From the NCBI GenBank assembly GCA_963790305.1, contig CAWBOC010000004.1, positions 10,476-74,475 of the forward strand: DNA of 64,000 nucleotides, given 5' to 3'. Below are positions 1 to 9,552 of the stretch, piece after piece. Within the stretch, counting starts at the first letter, position 1; each line of letters begins with the position of its first letter. The notes under the pieces are model-generated. The model did not search any database. It was not told where the DNA came from and was given only the letters and a program-made list of their open reading frames with translations. A program made the translations under genes and the position numbers. The stretch comes from an uncultured Gemmatimonadaceae bacterium (GTDB lineage Bacteria > Gemmatimonadota > Gemmatimonadetes > Gemmatimonadales > Gemmatimonadaceae).

Positions 1-1
1 G

Positions 2-484
2 ATGCCGCGCGAGTCGCCGGTTCCCGCGCAGTGGGCCGTGACGCAGGACGCGCGCGTCTCCCGCCGCGGCAAAGAGAAGAAGTATACCGCTGAGCAGGAT
101 GAGGGCGGCGGGAGTTCCTTCAGGACTTCTTGCGCCCGGGAGCGAGGCAACCTGCACCGTAGCGACCAGTCGCCCCACACCGAAGCCGACGGCAACCAGC
201 ATCAGCATGACGTCGAGTGGCATGTTCCTGTCCTCCGGCCTGCGGCGGACCGTCGTGGTCGCCGTGATGACGAAGTACAGGACGGTGATTCCCGCAGACC
301 AGGCCTCCCGCTCATGCGCATACCCAGCGACGGCGGCGCCGAGTCCCATGGCGCCGATGGCGTAAACGAAAAGCATCCCCGCTCGCCGGTGCAGCCACTT
401 CCCTTTTGGCGCGAACAGCGCGGCGTATCCGGCGATGAGCGCGATCGACGCGCCGACGATGTGAAGGTAGGTGAAGGCTTTCAT
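2..484 (-). CDS. DUF2306-like integral membrane protein (3' end runs off the window)
   Basis: Manual translation from ATG 484: MKAFTYLHIVGASIALIAGYAALFAPKGKWLHRRAGMLFVYA...GNRRLARH. Several TM helices and a KG..LHRRAG motif. Not in the ORF track because it has no stop. Confidence 0.75.
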   Translation of the reverse strand, partial: MKAFTYLHIVGASIALIAGYAALFAPKGKWLHRRAGMLFVYAIGAMGLGAAVAGYAHEREAWSAGITVLYFVITATTTVRRRPEDRNMPLDVMLMLVAVGFGVGRLVATVQVASLPGARSPEGTPAALILLSGILLLFAAAGDARVLRHGPLRGNRRLARH

Positions 485-504
485 AGGGCCCTGGCCGAGT
501 GGAC

Positions 505-530
505 TAGTGCTATACTATAATATAGCACTA
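505..530. promoter_or_regulatory. AT-rich perfect inverted repeat, putative operator (GntR/YtrA-like)
   Basis: TAGTGCTATA-CTATAA-TATAGCACTA, about 20 bp upstream of the ATG at 484. Confidence 0.65.
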
Positions 531-706
531 CGTACGATGGCCATGCGAGCCTGGTTTCACTGCGCCGGCGCGCGTGTCGGAGCGGAACTCGAGGAAGAAA
601 GACCTGAGCTGGCGCGCCACGCCAGCGATTCTCCACTGGGCCCTTGAGCCGGTTTGCGCGCGAATTCCGCTACATCTGTAAACACGCGCGATAGGGAGGC
701 CCCGTG

Positions 707-1558
707 ATGAAGCCGTCATTCTCGTCCGCCATCGTGTTACTCGGCGCGATTGGCATCGGATGCGACAGCGATTACGTCGCCGAGCTCGGACAGCCAAGCG
801 TACTCACCGCCGTTGAGGTGTCGGCGCCAGTCACTGACATCTCCGTGTTCCCACCAGACAACACCCTTCAATTGAGGGCGGTGGGAGTGGATCAGCAGGG
901 GCAGGTGATTGTGGTCGCAGGTGGAACGACCTTTACCAGTAGCGCGCCGGTCGTTGCCCAGGTCGACAGGACCGGCTACGTCAGAGCAGTCTCGCCCGGC
1001 ATGACGGTGATCACGGCATCGATGACTCTCGGAGGCATCACTGAAGCTGCTTCCGTGACCATCACGGTACACGGTGATGAGGAGCCGCCGGGCACCTACC
1101 CCGAAATAGAAGGCGTCTACGACCTAACGGCACCGATCACGGACTTCGTCTGGGGCGTCGACCCGGGCACCTATTACACGGCGATCCTGACGATCCAGCC
1201 TTCCCTCGGCCGGCGTCGGTTCTTCGGCACCGTTTCGAAATTCTTGATCATCGTCCCCGGCGGCGACACGACCACCGTAGGGTCCGAGTCCGGGTCTGGC
1301 TTCGTGTACGGCACCATCGATGGCGAAGGACGCGTAGGCCTCTACCCAGTCACGGAGCAGTTTTCATCCTGGTATGGAGAGGGGGTGTTGTCTTCGCGGC
1401 AGATCGTTGGGACATTCGGCTGCTGCGATCAGATCTCCGGCACTTTCACCGCCGTAGCTCGTAGGGACCATGGCGTGGGCGCGGGCTCGGTAGCGACAAA
1501 TGCACCGAGCCCGCTCCCGGTATGGGTGTCACGATCTACGGTCGGTGTGCAGCCTTGA
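707..1558 (+). CDS. Lipoprotein with Ig-like (BIG2) domain
   Basis: Lipobox-like IGIGC; FTSSAPVVAQVDRTGYVRAVSPGMTVITAS is a BIG2-type motif; RBS GGAGG. Confidence 0.7.
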   Translation: MKPSFSSAIVLLGAIGIGCDSDYVAELGQPSVLTAVEVSAPVTDISVFPPDNTLQLRAVGVDQQGQVIVVAGGTTFTSSAPVVAQVDRTGYVRAVSPGMTVITASMTLGGITEAASVTITVHGDEEPPGTYPEIEGVYDLTAPITDFVWGVDPGTYYTAILTIQPSLGRRRFFGTVSKFLIIVPGGDTTTVGSESGSGFVYGTIDGEGRVGLYPVTEQFSSWYGEGVLSSRQIVGTFGCCDQISGTFTAVARRDHGVGAGSVATNAPSPLPVWVSRSTVGVQP

Positions 1559-2030
1559 GGCGACCCCTCAGCGCACCTTGACGCAGCTTGATGTCGACGG
1601 CCGGCACAAGCCCGACGCCGGGTATCTCCTGCAACACGGCACGCCGGGCACGATCAACAATTCGCTGTGCTCGCTGCTCTTCCGACGTCCGCCACACAGC
1701 CGGGCCATTCCGCTGGGTGACGCGGAGGACATAGGAGGCCGGTGGCATGTCACCGTCGATCTCACGCGAAACCAGGAGCACCATGACGGCCGACGTGAGC
1801 AATGCACCGTCGGCAATCGAGGTCTTGAGAAGGATCACGTCGTGCGGCGTTTGATCATGTCGCCGCAGGACCAAGCCGAATACGTTGGGCACCGAAAGCT
1901 CGTCCACCAAGGCGACGGTCACGGGAACGACGCGTGACGATGTCTCGGGAACGCTCGCGATCTCGAACGGCGCGCTCGCCAGTACCACCGGGAGCGCGAG
2001 CAACGGCCAGAAGTTCGTATGGTGCGTCAT
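1536..2030 (-). CDS. Hypothetical secreted protein
   Basis: GGAGG RBS before ATG 2030; N-terminal hydrophobic signal. Confidence 0.55.
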   Translation of the reverse strand: MTHHTNFWPLLALPVVLASAPFEIASVPETSSRVVPVTVALVDELSVPNVFGLVLRRHDQTPHDVILLKTSIADGALLTSAVMVLLVSREIDGDMPPASYVLRVTQRNGPAVWRTSEEQRAQRIVDRARRAVLQEIPGVGLVPAVDIKLRQGALRGRLKAAHRP

Positions 2031-2092
2031 ATCGCCCTCCAAAGGCTGGGGATCATTATCGTCGCATTCCTAACGAGGACGCGTACGAACCA

Positions 2093-2794
2093 TCAGCTGG
2101 TATGGACTAGTGGCACACCGTGGCCCATCCCCTCCCACCACGTGTGCCATCCGGTCCCGTCACCATAGTCGATTTCGATAATGATCCATTCGTCGACACA
2201 TCCACCACCACCACCGCCTCCTCCACCGCCCTCGCCGCCTCCTGGTGTTGGTGGATAACGAATCTCCACCTCGTTGTATCGAAAGAAGCTCACGTTGATT
2301 GTGAATCCGCCTGGGCGAGCGAAGACTCGACACACGGCATCAGCGGTGCCGATCTTCGCCTCCCTCCCGCTGCCATCGATGGCCGGCCAAAATCCACCAG
2401 GCCACTGATACCGCCCATACGGATCGGCAAGCTCGCCATAGATGATACCCCACCACCCCGAGGACACGATCGTGAGCGGGGCTTCGCCAGGGGGAAGCAA
2501 CGTCGCTACCACGCGATACTTCGTGAAGCCAGGGGGGCAACTGACGTAGGAGCTCGACAAGGCAGCGTTGGCCGTTGCGTACTCAACGCTCGCGTCACCG
2601 TCGAGTGACCAGAAGTACGACGTCTGCGGTCCTGGCTCGTCGTCAGACGGGGGGCAGTCTTCATCGACAAAGATGTCGTCGCAATTCCGTGGATCGTCGT
2701 CCTCGAGCTCGAAGCTGGGAAGTCGAGTCTCGTCTGAAACGGGTCGGCGTGAGCTGATCTCCGCATGCCAGGGAAAGGGCAATGCAGGCGCCAC
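2093..2794 (-). CDS. Hypothetical protein with poly-Gly linker and Trp-rich C-terminal module
   Basis: Protein-like composition; PGGGEGGGGGGGGGGCVDEWIIIEIDYGDGTGWHTWWEG; start uncertain. Confidence 0.5.
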   Translation of the reverse strand: MAPALPFPWHAEISSRRPVSDETRLPSFELEDDDPRNCDDIFVDEDCPPSDDEPGPQTSYFWSLDGDASVEYATANAALSSSYVSCPPGFTKYRVVATLLPPGEAPLTIVSSGWWGIIYGELADPYGRYQWPGGFWPAIDGSGREAKIGTADAVCRVFARPGGFTINVSFFRYNEVEIRYPPTPGGGEGGGGGGGGGGCVDEWIIIEIDYGDGTGWHTWWEGMGHGVPLVHTS

Positions 2795-3231
2795 CTAACG
2801 CCGACCCAATCCAACGACTCCGCATTGTTCACCTCCGCGCTGATCTTGGTCTGAGCGCTCTGCGGTGTGAGGTGCGCGGGCGACAAGAGAGCTATATTGA
2901 TCTTATGTCGGTCGATCTCCCGCCAACGCTCGCTGGATTCTCGGAAGACGAATGGACGAGGGCACTCCGTCGAACACTTGGAGACGGGGCACGCCCCTTC
3001 GTCGCCGATCTCTTTGCCCAGCTGCGTCACGAGCCGTCGAACGGCTTCGCGCTGACGGAAGACGACTTCGCTCTCTTATCCCTCGTGGATGAATCGTGTG
3101 CCTCGCGCGTTCGCCAGGTTACTGCGACGTACCCGGAAGAGTTTCGCGATCGGGTCGACGCTCTGGTGGCCTGGTACCGCGACGAGGACCGTCAACTGCC
3201 GTCGGCGGGGCGCGAATCCGAACCCACGTAA
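2782..3231 (+). CDS. Hypothetical protein
   Basis: 149-aa ORF with plausible composition; ends in a TAAC motif. Confidence 0.4.
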   Translation: MQAPPNADPIQRLRIVHLRADLGLSALRCEVRGRQESYIDLMSVDLPPTLAGFSEDEWTRALRRTLGDGARPFVADLFAQLRHEPSNGFALTEDDFALLSLVDESCASRVRQVTATYPEEFRDRVDALVAWYRDEDRQLPSAGRESEPT

Positions 3232-3415
3232 CGAAACGAGGTCGGAGCGCGGAACACGACGCAGCGGCAGGAAGACCTCCACCGCCGAGGCCGCGCGTGC
3301 CGGAGGGTATCGAGTCACCTCCGGAAGATGTTCGACGGGACGGCTCGCGATCTCGCTGGATCATACAGCCAACCAGTCAGCAACCGAGTCGCTGAAACCC
3401 GCGTCGTCGCGCAGT

Positions 3416-3535
3416 TCCTAACGAAAGCCTAAACGATTCGGGTGCATTGGCAAGGGTCACGGGGCACGACGTCGGGCCGGTGTGGTCGGTCCAGGGCACG
3501 AGGCCGCTCGATCTGCACAAGGAGCACCGTTAGGC
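3416..3535 (+). repeat. Degenerate attC-like site
   Basis: TCCTAAC (3416-3422) ... GTTAGGC (3529-3535), 120 bp; left arm CCTAACGAAAGCCTAAAC resembles that at 54375. Confidence 0.35.
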
Positions 3536-3660
3536 GCCGAGGCCTGGTACGCGCCCTCCTATCCGGATTATCCTGAGCGACATGGATCGCCTACCAGCTG
3601 CAGGGGTGCCCACTTTCGGCGGACGTCGTCCTCACTGCGCATCACGTTGGCCGGGTCTCC

Positions 3661-4850
3661 ATGGCGAGCGGCGCGAGAGTAAGGGCTGCGCCCATGCCTG
3701 ACGCGACGAGCAAAGCCACGCCGCTCGCGGATTGCGCGCGAGCACCAGCCACGAATACGCCGAGCTCCTTACGGCCAGCCAGTGGCGTGAGTCCGCATCT
3801 CACCGACGCATCGCGCCTGCTCGAGGGTGCGTATCCGAATCTCACACTCCACTACGACGACGACCGGCTCTACGTGATGGAGAACGGCACGCTCTATCAC
3901 GTGCGCCTGAACTCCGATCGCAATGAAGACACGGGGTACGCGGCAATGACGTTGACGTACGTGTCGCAGCACGAGGCGGCGATCGACTCGGGTCGCCAGG
4001 CCGGGGATGACGGGTGCACGTCGCCGGTGGACCTGGTCGTCGCCCGCATGGGCGCGAGCGGTACGCCGGACATCGTCGCGCGCGGCCGGCTGGATGCCGA
4101 GGCCGTCGCCGTAATGTGCGCACCCTATCGATGACCAGCGACATGGACGGGCCGCTCGTGCGCTTTTTCTACTTCGCGTACTACGGCAGCGCGGAGTGGT
4201 TTGGCTTCGTCGGATTCCGGTCTGATGTCACGTTCGCCGGCGGACGTCTGCAGACGAGTCGCCTCCCCGCTTCATACCTGAAGGTCACCAAGCCGGAAAG
4301 GCAGCGCATGGAGGGTGCGATCGGTCCGGCAGGCGGCGGTGCCGGAAGCATCCGGTTGATGACCATGGCGTTCGGTGATCAGGGCGAGGTCGAGCGCGAG
4401 TTCGTCGTGCCGCTGGTAGATGCCGGATCGATGAGCGGGGTCGAGATGTTGCGCCGCGTTCCCGTAGACACCAGCCCATCCACGGAGAGACCTGGAATGG
4501 GAGTCGATGATCGCGCGTCGCCGTCCGCGGACCAACTCCTGGGTTCCTGGCGCATCGAACGAGCCGAGGGCGGCATCGACGGCACCACGCCCACCGACAT
4601 CGAGTTCCTGCTCGACGGGTTGGCCGACTACTGCGTCCATGTGGGCGGCGGTTGGCACGTGATCCCGCTGGTCTTCCGCATCGAGGGCGACGTCCTGGTG
4701 ACGCATCCGCGCCCGCCCATGGTTCCGCAGGAGGAGCGCATGCGCATCCGCTTCGAGCCGGACGGTGCATTGGTGATGGAGCACGGTGGTGGTCGGGTGT
4801 GGCTGCGGCGTGCCGAGCGGCGGGCGCCGAAGTCGGCGGCTGGTAAATGA
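3661..4850 (+). CDS. Hypothetical protein(s), probably one frameshifted gene or two overlapping ORFs
   Basis: ORFs 3661-4134 and 4131-4850 both look protein-like; no family recognised. Confidence 0.4.
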
Positions 4851-4922
4851 ACGCGTCGTGGTCCTGATCGGCGTGGATCGTCATCCAAGGGAAGCCACCG
4901 AACCGCCGCGAATCCAGCCATC

Positions 4923-5687
4923 GTGACTACCGCTCCTCAGGCAACCCTAACGACGTGGAACGCGCTCGCGCAGACCCTGCGGCGACCGTACCCCGTGACC
5001 ATTCCAATGGTCACGCTCATGCTGCTCGTCCCCTGCTACCTCTTCATCGCCAATCGCGCTGCCGTGGGAACGGTGCACTCCCCGGAGCTGCCCTGGGACC
5101 GTGCCCTGCCGCTCCAGCCCATCTGGGCGCTGATCTACGGAGCGCTCTACATGTTCCTGATCGTGCTGCCAGTGATCGTCGTGCGCGAGGAAGCACACAT
5201 CCGTCGTACGTTCTGGGCGTATCTGGCCGTGTGGATCACCGCATACGCGTGCTTTCTGGTCTATCCCACGGTGGCACCGCGTCCACCCGAGGTCGTCGGA
5301 GACGGATTCGCCGCCTGGGGGCTTCGCTTCCTTTACGACGCCGACCCGCCGTATAACTGTTTCCCGTCGCTGCACGTGGCGCACTCGTTCGTGTCGGCGC
5401 TGACGTGCTACCGCCTTGACCCCCGAGTGGGACGCGGCGCGCTGGGTTGCGCTTCGCTCGTCGCTATCTCCACTCTATTCACCAAGCAGCACTACATCGC
5501 CGACGTGGTTGGCGGGATTGTCCTCGCTTTCGTCGCCTATCTCCTCATCTTGCGCGGTTATCCCCGCCGGAACGTTCCGGAGCTCGACCGTCGCCTCGCG
5601 CCGGTGCTCGCGCTCGGAGTTCTCGCGGTGGTTGGCGTCGGCATCGTCGGCTTCTGGATTGCGTATCAGTTGAATGGACAAGGGTGA
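4923..5687 (+). CDS. PAP2-superfamily membrane phosphatase/phosphotransferase (AUR1/PAP2_3-like)
   Basis: YPTVAPRP, NCFPSLHVAHS, KQHYIADV motifs; multiple TM helices. Confidence 0.85.
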   Translation: MTTAPQATLTTWNALAQTLRRPYPVTIPMVTLMLLVPCYLFIANRAAVGTVHSPELPWDRALPLQPIWALIYGALYMFLIVLPVIVVREEAHIRRTFWAYLAVWITAYACFLVYPTVAPRPPEVVGDGFAAWGLRFLYDADPPYNCFPSLHVAHSFVSALTCYRLDPRVGRGALGCASLVAISTLFTKQHYIADVVGGIVLAFVAYLLILRGYPRRNVPELDRRLAPVLALGVLAVVGVGIVGFWIAYQLNGQG

Positions 5688-5705
5688 GCGGGGGGCGAAC
5701 CGCGC

Positions 5706-6149
5706 GTGCGTCTCTGGACCATTGATCCCGGATACCTCGATGCGGTCGGGCTGGTCGCGCTCTGGCGTGAGTCGCTCCTGGCGCGGGCGGTTCTCGACGG
5801 CGCGACGCGCGGCTACCGGCACCACCCTCAGCTGATTCGCTTCCGCCAGCAGCACGACCCGTTAGGCTGCATCAATCTCTACCTGCGGGGGATTCACGAG
5901 GAAGCCTGTCGCCGCGGCTATCGCTTCGATGAGCGGAAGCTCGCGCCGACGGCGGTTGCCGTCGGGAGCGTGCCCGAGACCCGTGGACAGCTGGAGACGG
6001 AGTGGGACCATCTGCTGGGCAAGCTTCGCGACCGCGACCCGGATCGATACGCGTCGCTCAGCCGTGTGCGCCGTCCGAAGGCTCACCCGCTCTTTCGCAT
6101 CGTGCGCGGACCACGCCGCGAGTGGGAGCGACGGACGGCCGAGCCGTGA
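5706..6149 (+). CDS. Pyrimidine dimer DNA glycosylase / T4 endonuclease V-like protein
   Basis: MRLWTIDPGYLDAVGLVALWRESLLA...GYRHHPQLIRF signature. Confidence 0.85.
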   Translation: MRLWTIDPGYLDAVGLVALWRESLLARAVLDGATRGYRHHPQLIRFRQQHDPLGCINLYLRGIHEEACRRGYRFDERKLAPTAVAVGSVPETRGQLETEWDHLLGKLRDRDPDRYASLSRVRRPKAHPLFRIVRGPRREWERRTAEP

Positions 6150-6159
6150 TGGTAGTCGC

Positions 6160-7599
6160 CTACTGACCGGTGGCGACGCGCGCCTCCGCGGACCGGACGA
6201 TGCCCGCCGCCATGCCCCGGAACACGAAACCATGTATCGGGCGAAGTGCGGCCCAGTAGGCGCGCCCCCAATGCCCGCGCGGATCGAACTCCGCCCGCTG
6301 GACGAGCACTGCGCCCGTGCCATCGCGAGGCGCCCCGACCTCGAACTCGAGCGTCGCCGTCCCGGGCACCTTCATCTCGGCGCGCAGTCGCAGTCGCGCA
6401 CCGGGCACGAGCTCGTCAACGCGCCAAAAGTCGATTGGGTCACCGAGCCGGACGGCAATGGGATCCCGCCGCCCCCGGCGGAGTCCCACTCCGCCGAGCA
6501 CGCGGTCGATCGCTCCGCGCAAGCGCCACAACCAGTTCGCGTAGTACCAGCCGGTTGCGCCACCAATCCTCTCGACAGCGGCGAAGAGCGCGGCCGGCGA
6601 CGTGCTCGCATGCAGCGTACGCTCGTCTCGCAAAACGCGGCTCGACCGCGTCACCGTCATTTGCACGGAGCTCCCGGTAGCTCCGGTCCAGCGCGACGCG
6701 AGCGGACCCGCGCTGTCCTCGGCGAGCGCGCGATCGACGGCTTGTCGAAAGGTCATCGGCGCCACGTGGATCCACGCGCGGATGCGCTGGTCGGTGGTGA
6801 TGACGTCGTTGCGCAGTCCCTCCACCAGCGGGCGCGCAATGCGCATGGGCACGCTCGTCACCAGATTGAGCCAGTACGATGACAGGCGCGGCGTCAGCAC
6901 CGGGACGGTGATGATGCGTACGCGCGTCCCAAGGGCGGCAGCGCACTCACGCATCATCTCCTGGTAGGTGAGCACCTCCCCGCCCCCGATCTCCAGCACC
7001 TGTCCCACCGTCCGCGGCTCGTCCAGCACGCCCACCAGATAGTCGAGCACCTGGTCGAGCGAGATCGGCTCGCAGCGCGACCGCACCCATCGCGGGCAGA
7101 TCATCAGCGGAAGCTTGCGTGCGAGATCGCGGATGATCTCGAACGATGCGCTCCCGGCGCCAACAATGATCGCCGCACGCAGCTCCGTTACCGGCACCGA
7201 GCCGGCGCGGAGCACATCGCCAACTTCCTGGCGGCTCGCGAGGTGCTTCGAGAGTGATTCCGCCGACTGGCCGAGGCCGCCGAGGTAGACGATCCGACGG
7301 ACGCCAGCGGCGGCGCACGCGGCGGCGAAGTTGCGCGCCGCCTCACGATCGCGCGCGGCGAAGTCGGCGCCCGCGCCCATCGAGTGGATGAGGTAGTACG
7401 CAACGTCCACATCGCGAAGCGCGAGCGCCAGGCTCGCGGGCTCGAGCACATCCCCGGCCACGCAGTCGGCCTCGGCGGCCAGCGCACCGAGGCGGCGCGG
7501 ATCGCGCGCCATCACGCGGACGGTGCGACCGGCGGCGAGAAGGCGCGACGCAAGGCGGCTCCCAATGTAGCCCGTGGCACCGGTGACGAGAATCCTCAT
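6160..7599 (-). CDS. Atypical SDR/NAD(P)-binding oxidoreductase with C-terminal DUF2867 (YbjT-like)
   Basis: MRILVTGATGYIGSRL, YYLIHSM, C-terminal GDPIDFWRV...AEMKVPG...YWAALRPIHGFVFRGM. ATG 7599 overlaps the upstream stop. Confidence 0.9.
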   Translation of the reverse strand: MRILVTGATGYIGSRLASRLLAAGRTVRVMARDPRRLGALAAEADCVAGDVLEPASLALALRDVDVAYYLIHSMGAGADFAARDREAARNFAAACAAAGVRRIVYLGGLGQSAESLSKHLASRQEVGDVLRAGSVPVTELRAAIIVGAGSASFEIIRDLARKLPLMICPRWVRSRCEPISLDQVLDYLVGVLDEPRTVGQVLEIGGGEVLTYQEMMRECAAALGTRVRIITVPVLTPRLSSYWLNLVTSVPMRIARPLVEGLRNDVITTDQRIRAWIHVAPMTFRQAVDRALAEDSAGPLASRWTGATGSSVQMTVTRSSRVLRDERTLHASTSPAALFAAVERIGGATGWYYANWLWRLRGAIDRVLGGVGLRRGRRDPIAVRLGDPIDFWRVDELVPGARLRLRAEMKVPGTATLEFEVGAPRDGTGAVLVQRAEFDPRGHWGRAYWAALRPIHGFVFRGMAAGIVRSAEARVATGQ

Positions 7600-8561
7600 G
7601 CGCCTAACGGCGAGCGCGTGCGCACCCAGCGATCGAGCGCCGCGAGGTCGGGGATGATCTCGATGCCCGCATCGCGGACCGCGGCGGGCGCGCCGGCGCC
7701 GCCGACAATGATCGCCGTGCGACGTGGAACCTGCTCTCGCAACCGGCGGATGGCAGCGGCCACCCCACGGCCACCCGGTTGTACACAGCTCAGGGCCACC
7801 GCACCAATCGGCGTTTCCTTCGTCAGCGCGGCGATCTGCGCAACCGGCGTGTCGACACCGAGCACGAGCGTGCGCCACCCGGCCAGCGAAAACACCAGCG
7901 CCGACATCTGCAGCCCCAGCCCGTGCAGCTCGCCGGGAAGCGTCGCCAGCGCGACGACGGGACCGGTCGCGCGGTCGTCCAGCGGCATGCGCACCGCGCG
8001 AAGAAAATCCCCGAGCACCGAGGACCCGAAATGCTCGTGGCGCACGTCGATCGCACCGCTTTCCCACGCGTCCCCGAGGGCGGTCAGAAACGGCGCGGCG
8101 CGTACGTCCAGAAACTCGAGCGGGCCAAGACGAGCCCAGTCCGCCTGAAAGGCGCGCTTCAATCGGTCTGCGTCGAATCCGCGGACCGCATCGAGGAGCC
8201 CACCCGGCTCGTCGCCTGCCGTCGGCGACGTCGGACGTCCTCGCGCGGTCGCCGGGGGAGCGCCGGCAGGAGCTTGCGACGACGTGACCAGAAGCGCCTC
8301 GAGCGCTTTCTCGGAGGCCGGGAGCACCTCGGCGGCCCGGTGACCGCGCGCGATCGCCTGGGCGATGCGCTGGAGCCGAGGCACGGTCGAGAGCGCGTAC
8401 ACGCGGTGACCCGACGGCTTGCGCTGCGCCACGGGAAAGCCGTAGCGACGTTCCCAGGTGCGGATCGTGTCGACGGGGATGCCGGTGGCGGCGGACAGGG
8501 CGCCAATGGAAAGCAGTCCGCCTGCGACGGACTCGGCGCGCTCGGTGGTGCGAGGAGTCAC
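7596..8561 (-). CDS. carH: MerR-family cobalamin-binding photoreceptor/repressor (CarH/LitR-like)
   Basis: MerR HTH (IRTWERRYG), W-x9-EH motif (WESGAIDVRHEH), ExHxxG B12 motif (ELHGLG). Confidence 0.88.
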   Translation of the reverse strand: MTPRTTERAESVAGGLLSIGALSAATGIPVDTIRTWERRYGFPVAQRKPSGHRVYALSTVPRLQRIAQAIARGHRAAEVLPASEKALEALLVTSSQAPAGAPPATARGRPTSPTAGDEPGGLLDAVRGFDADRLKRAFQADWARLGPLEFLDVRAAPFLTALGDAWESGAIDVRHEHFGSSVLGDFLRAVRMPLDDRATGPVVALATLPGELHGLGLQMSALVFSLAGWRTLVLGVDTPVAQIAALTKETPIGAVALSCVQPGGRGVAAAIRRLREQVPRRTAIIVGGAGAPAAVRDAGIEIIPDLAALDRWVRTRSPLGA

Positions 8562-8583
8562 GTGCGGACCTCCGCTCCGGAAC

Positions 8584-8605
8584 GGTTCTGAACAGGTTCT
8601 GCCCG
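8584..8605. promoter_or_regulatory. Tandem 11-bp direct repeat upstream of carH, candidate CarH operator
   Basis: GGTTCTGAACA GGTTCTGCCCG, about 22 bp from the GTG start. Confidence 0.5.
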
Positions 8606-8706
8606 AGGAATGTTAGCGTGGGCACGCCTGCTCTGCCCGCGAAGCCTCGGCCACCCGGTGGGCCAACCCCGCATCAACGGGCCGGGGCTGGCCACCGGGA
8701 ACCGCA

Positions 8707-8934
8707 TTACGCCGCGACCGGTTGGCGAGTGCGAGCGGCCCTGAAGGCCAACGCCTGGTACACGGCGGAGAGCCCAACCAGACCGTACACGACGGAGCCG
8801 AGCACATTCTTGTTGCCGAAACCGCCGGCGCCGGTGAGCGCCGCGACGAGATCGAAGTTGGCGAATGCCACCAGACCCCAGTTGAGGCCGCCGACGACGA
8901 GCAGGATCGCGGTGAGAATGTCGAGCTGCTTCAT
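8707..8934 (-). CDS. DUF378 small membrane protein
   Basis: LLVVGGLNWGLVA...FDLVAAL...VYGLVGLSAVY signature; AGGAG RBS. Confidence 0.9.
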   Translation of the reverse strand: MKQLDILTAILLVVGGLNWGLVAFANFDLVAALTGAGGFGNKNVLGSVVYGLVGLSAVYQALAFRAARTRQPVAA

Positions 8935-8952
8935 GATAGTGCTCCTTTCAGT

Positions 8953-9507
8953 TTAGAAGTTGACGCGGAAACCGGCCGTGAAGGGCCAGACCCACGCGTT
9001 GGTGGTGGTGAGCTCCTCTTTCTTGCTGAAGGCGATGTCACCCTGCGGCGACAGCACGAACGCGACCGCCGGGTTGAAGTTGTAGGCGAGCTTCGCCCCC
9101 GCGTTGATCGCGAAGTACGTGAGCTTTTCGGGAGCGCCCTCGACGTCGAAGCTCACCGCGCCGGCGCCGAGGTTCACGATCGCTTCCCAGCCGCGCTCGC
9201 GCGGACCGGTGAGCGAGTAGCCGACCTTGCCAATGTAGTGCAGCGTGTTGATGTCGACACGGCCAGTCGCCTTGTCCTTGTGCATGCCGTAGTCGAACTC
9301 GCCCATCAGTACCCAGCGCGGGCTGGCGCGGAAGCCGAGCGTGGCGGCGTAGGCGGCGCCGGACTCGGCGACGTCGGCGATGCCGAAGGTGGGGACGACG
9401 CCGCCGCCGCCCGCCTCGAGAAAGAAGCGCGGGGTCGGTTGCTGCGCAGCGAGCGGCGCGGCGGCGACAAGCGCGAGCAGGGTGGCGCGAGAGAGGAAAC
9501 GGTTCAC
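8953..9507 (-). CDS. Small outer-membrane beta-barrel protein
   Basis: GTG start with AGGAG RBS, signal peptide, amphipathic strands, C-terminal F (GFRVNF). Confidence 0.8.
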   Translation of the reverse strand: MNRFLSRATLLALVAAAPLAAQQPTPRFFLEAGGGGVVPTFGIADVAESGAAYAATLGFRASPRWVLMGEFDYGMHKDKATGRVDINTLHYIGKVGYSLTGPRERGWEAIVNLGAGAVSFDVEGAPEKLTYFAINAGAKLAYNFNPAVAFVLSPQGDIAFSKKEELTTTNAWVWPFTAGFRVNF

Positions 9508-9552
9508 GGTGCGTTCTCCTTGGTGAGGGGGGGCGCTCAGGCGCCCTCGGTG

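Noticed and set aside
2..520. Plus-strand 172-aa ORF
   Set aside because: Antisense shadow of the minus-strand membrane protein
6160..8625. 821-aa ORF as a single protein
   Set aside because: The first ~340 aa are an Arg-rich off-frame reading of carH; the real gene starts at ATG 7599
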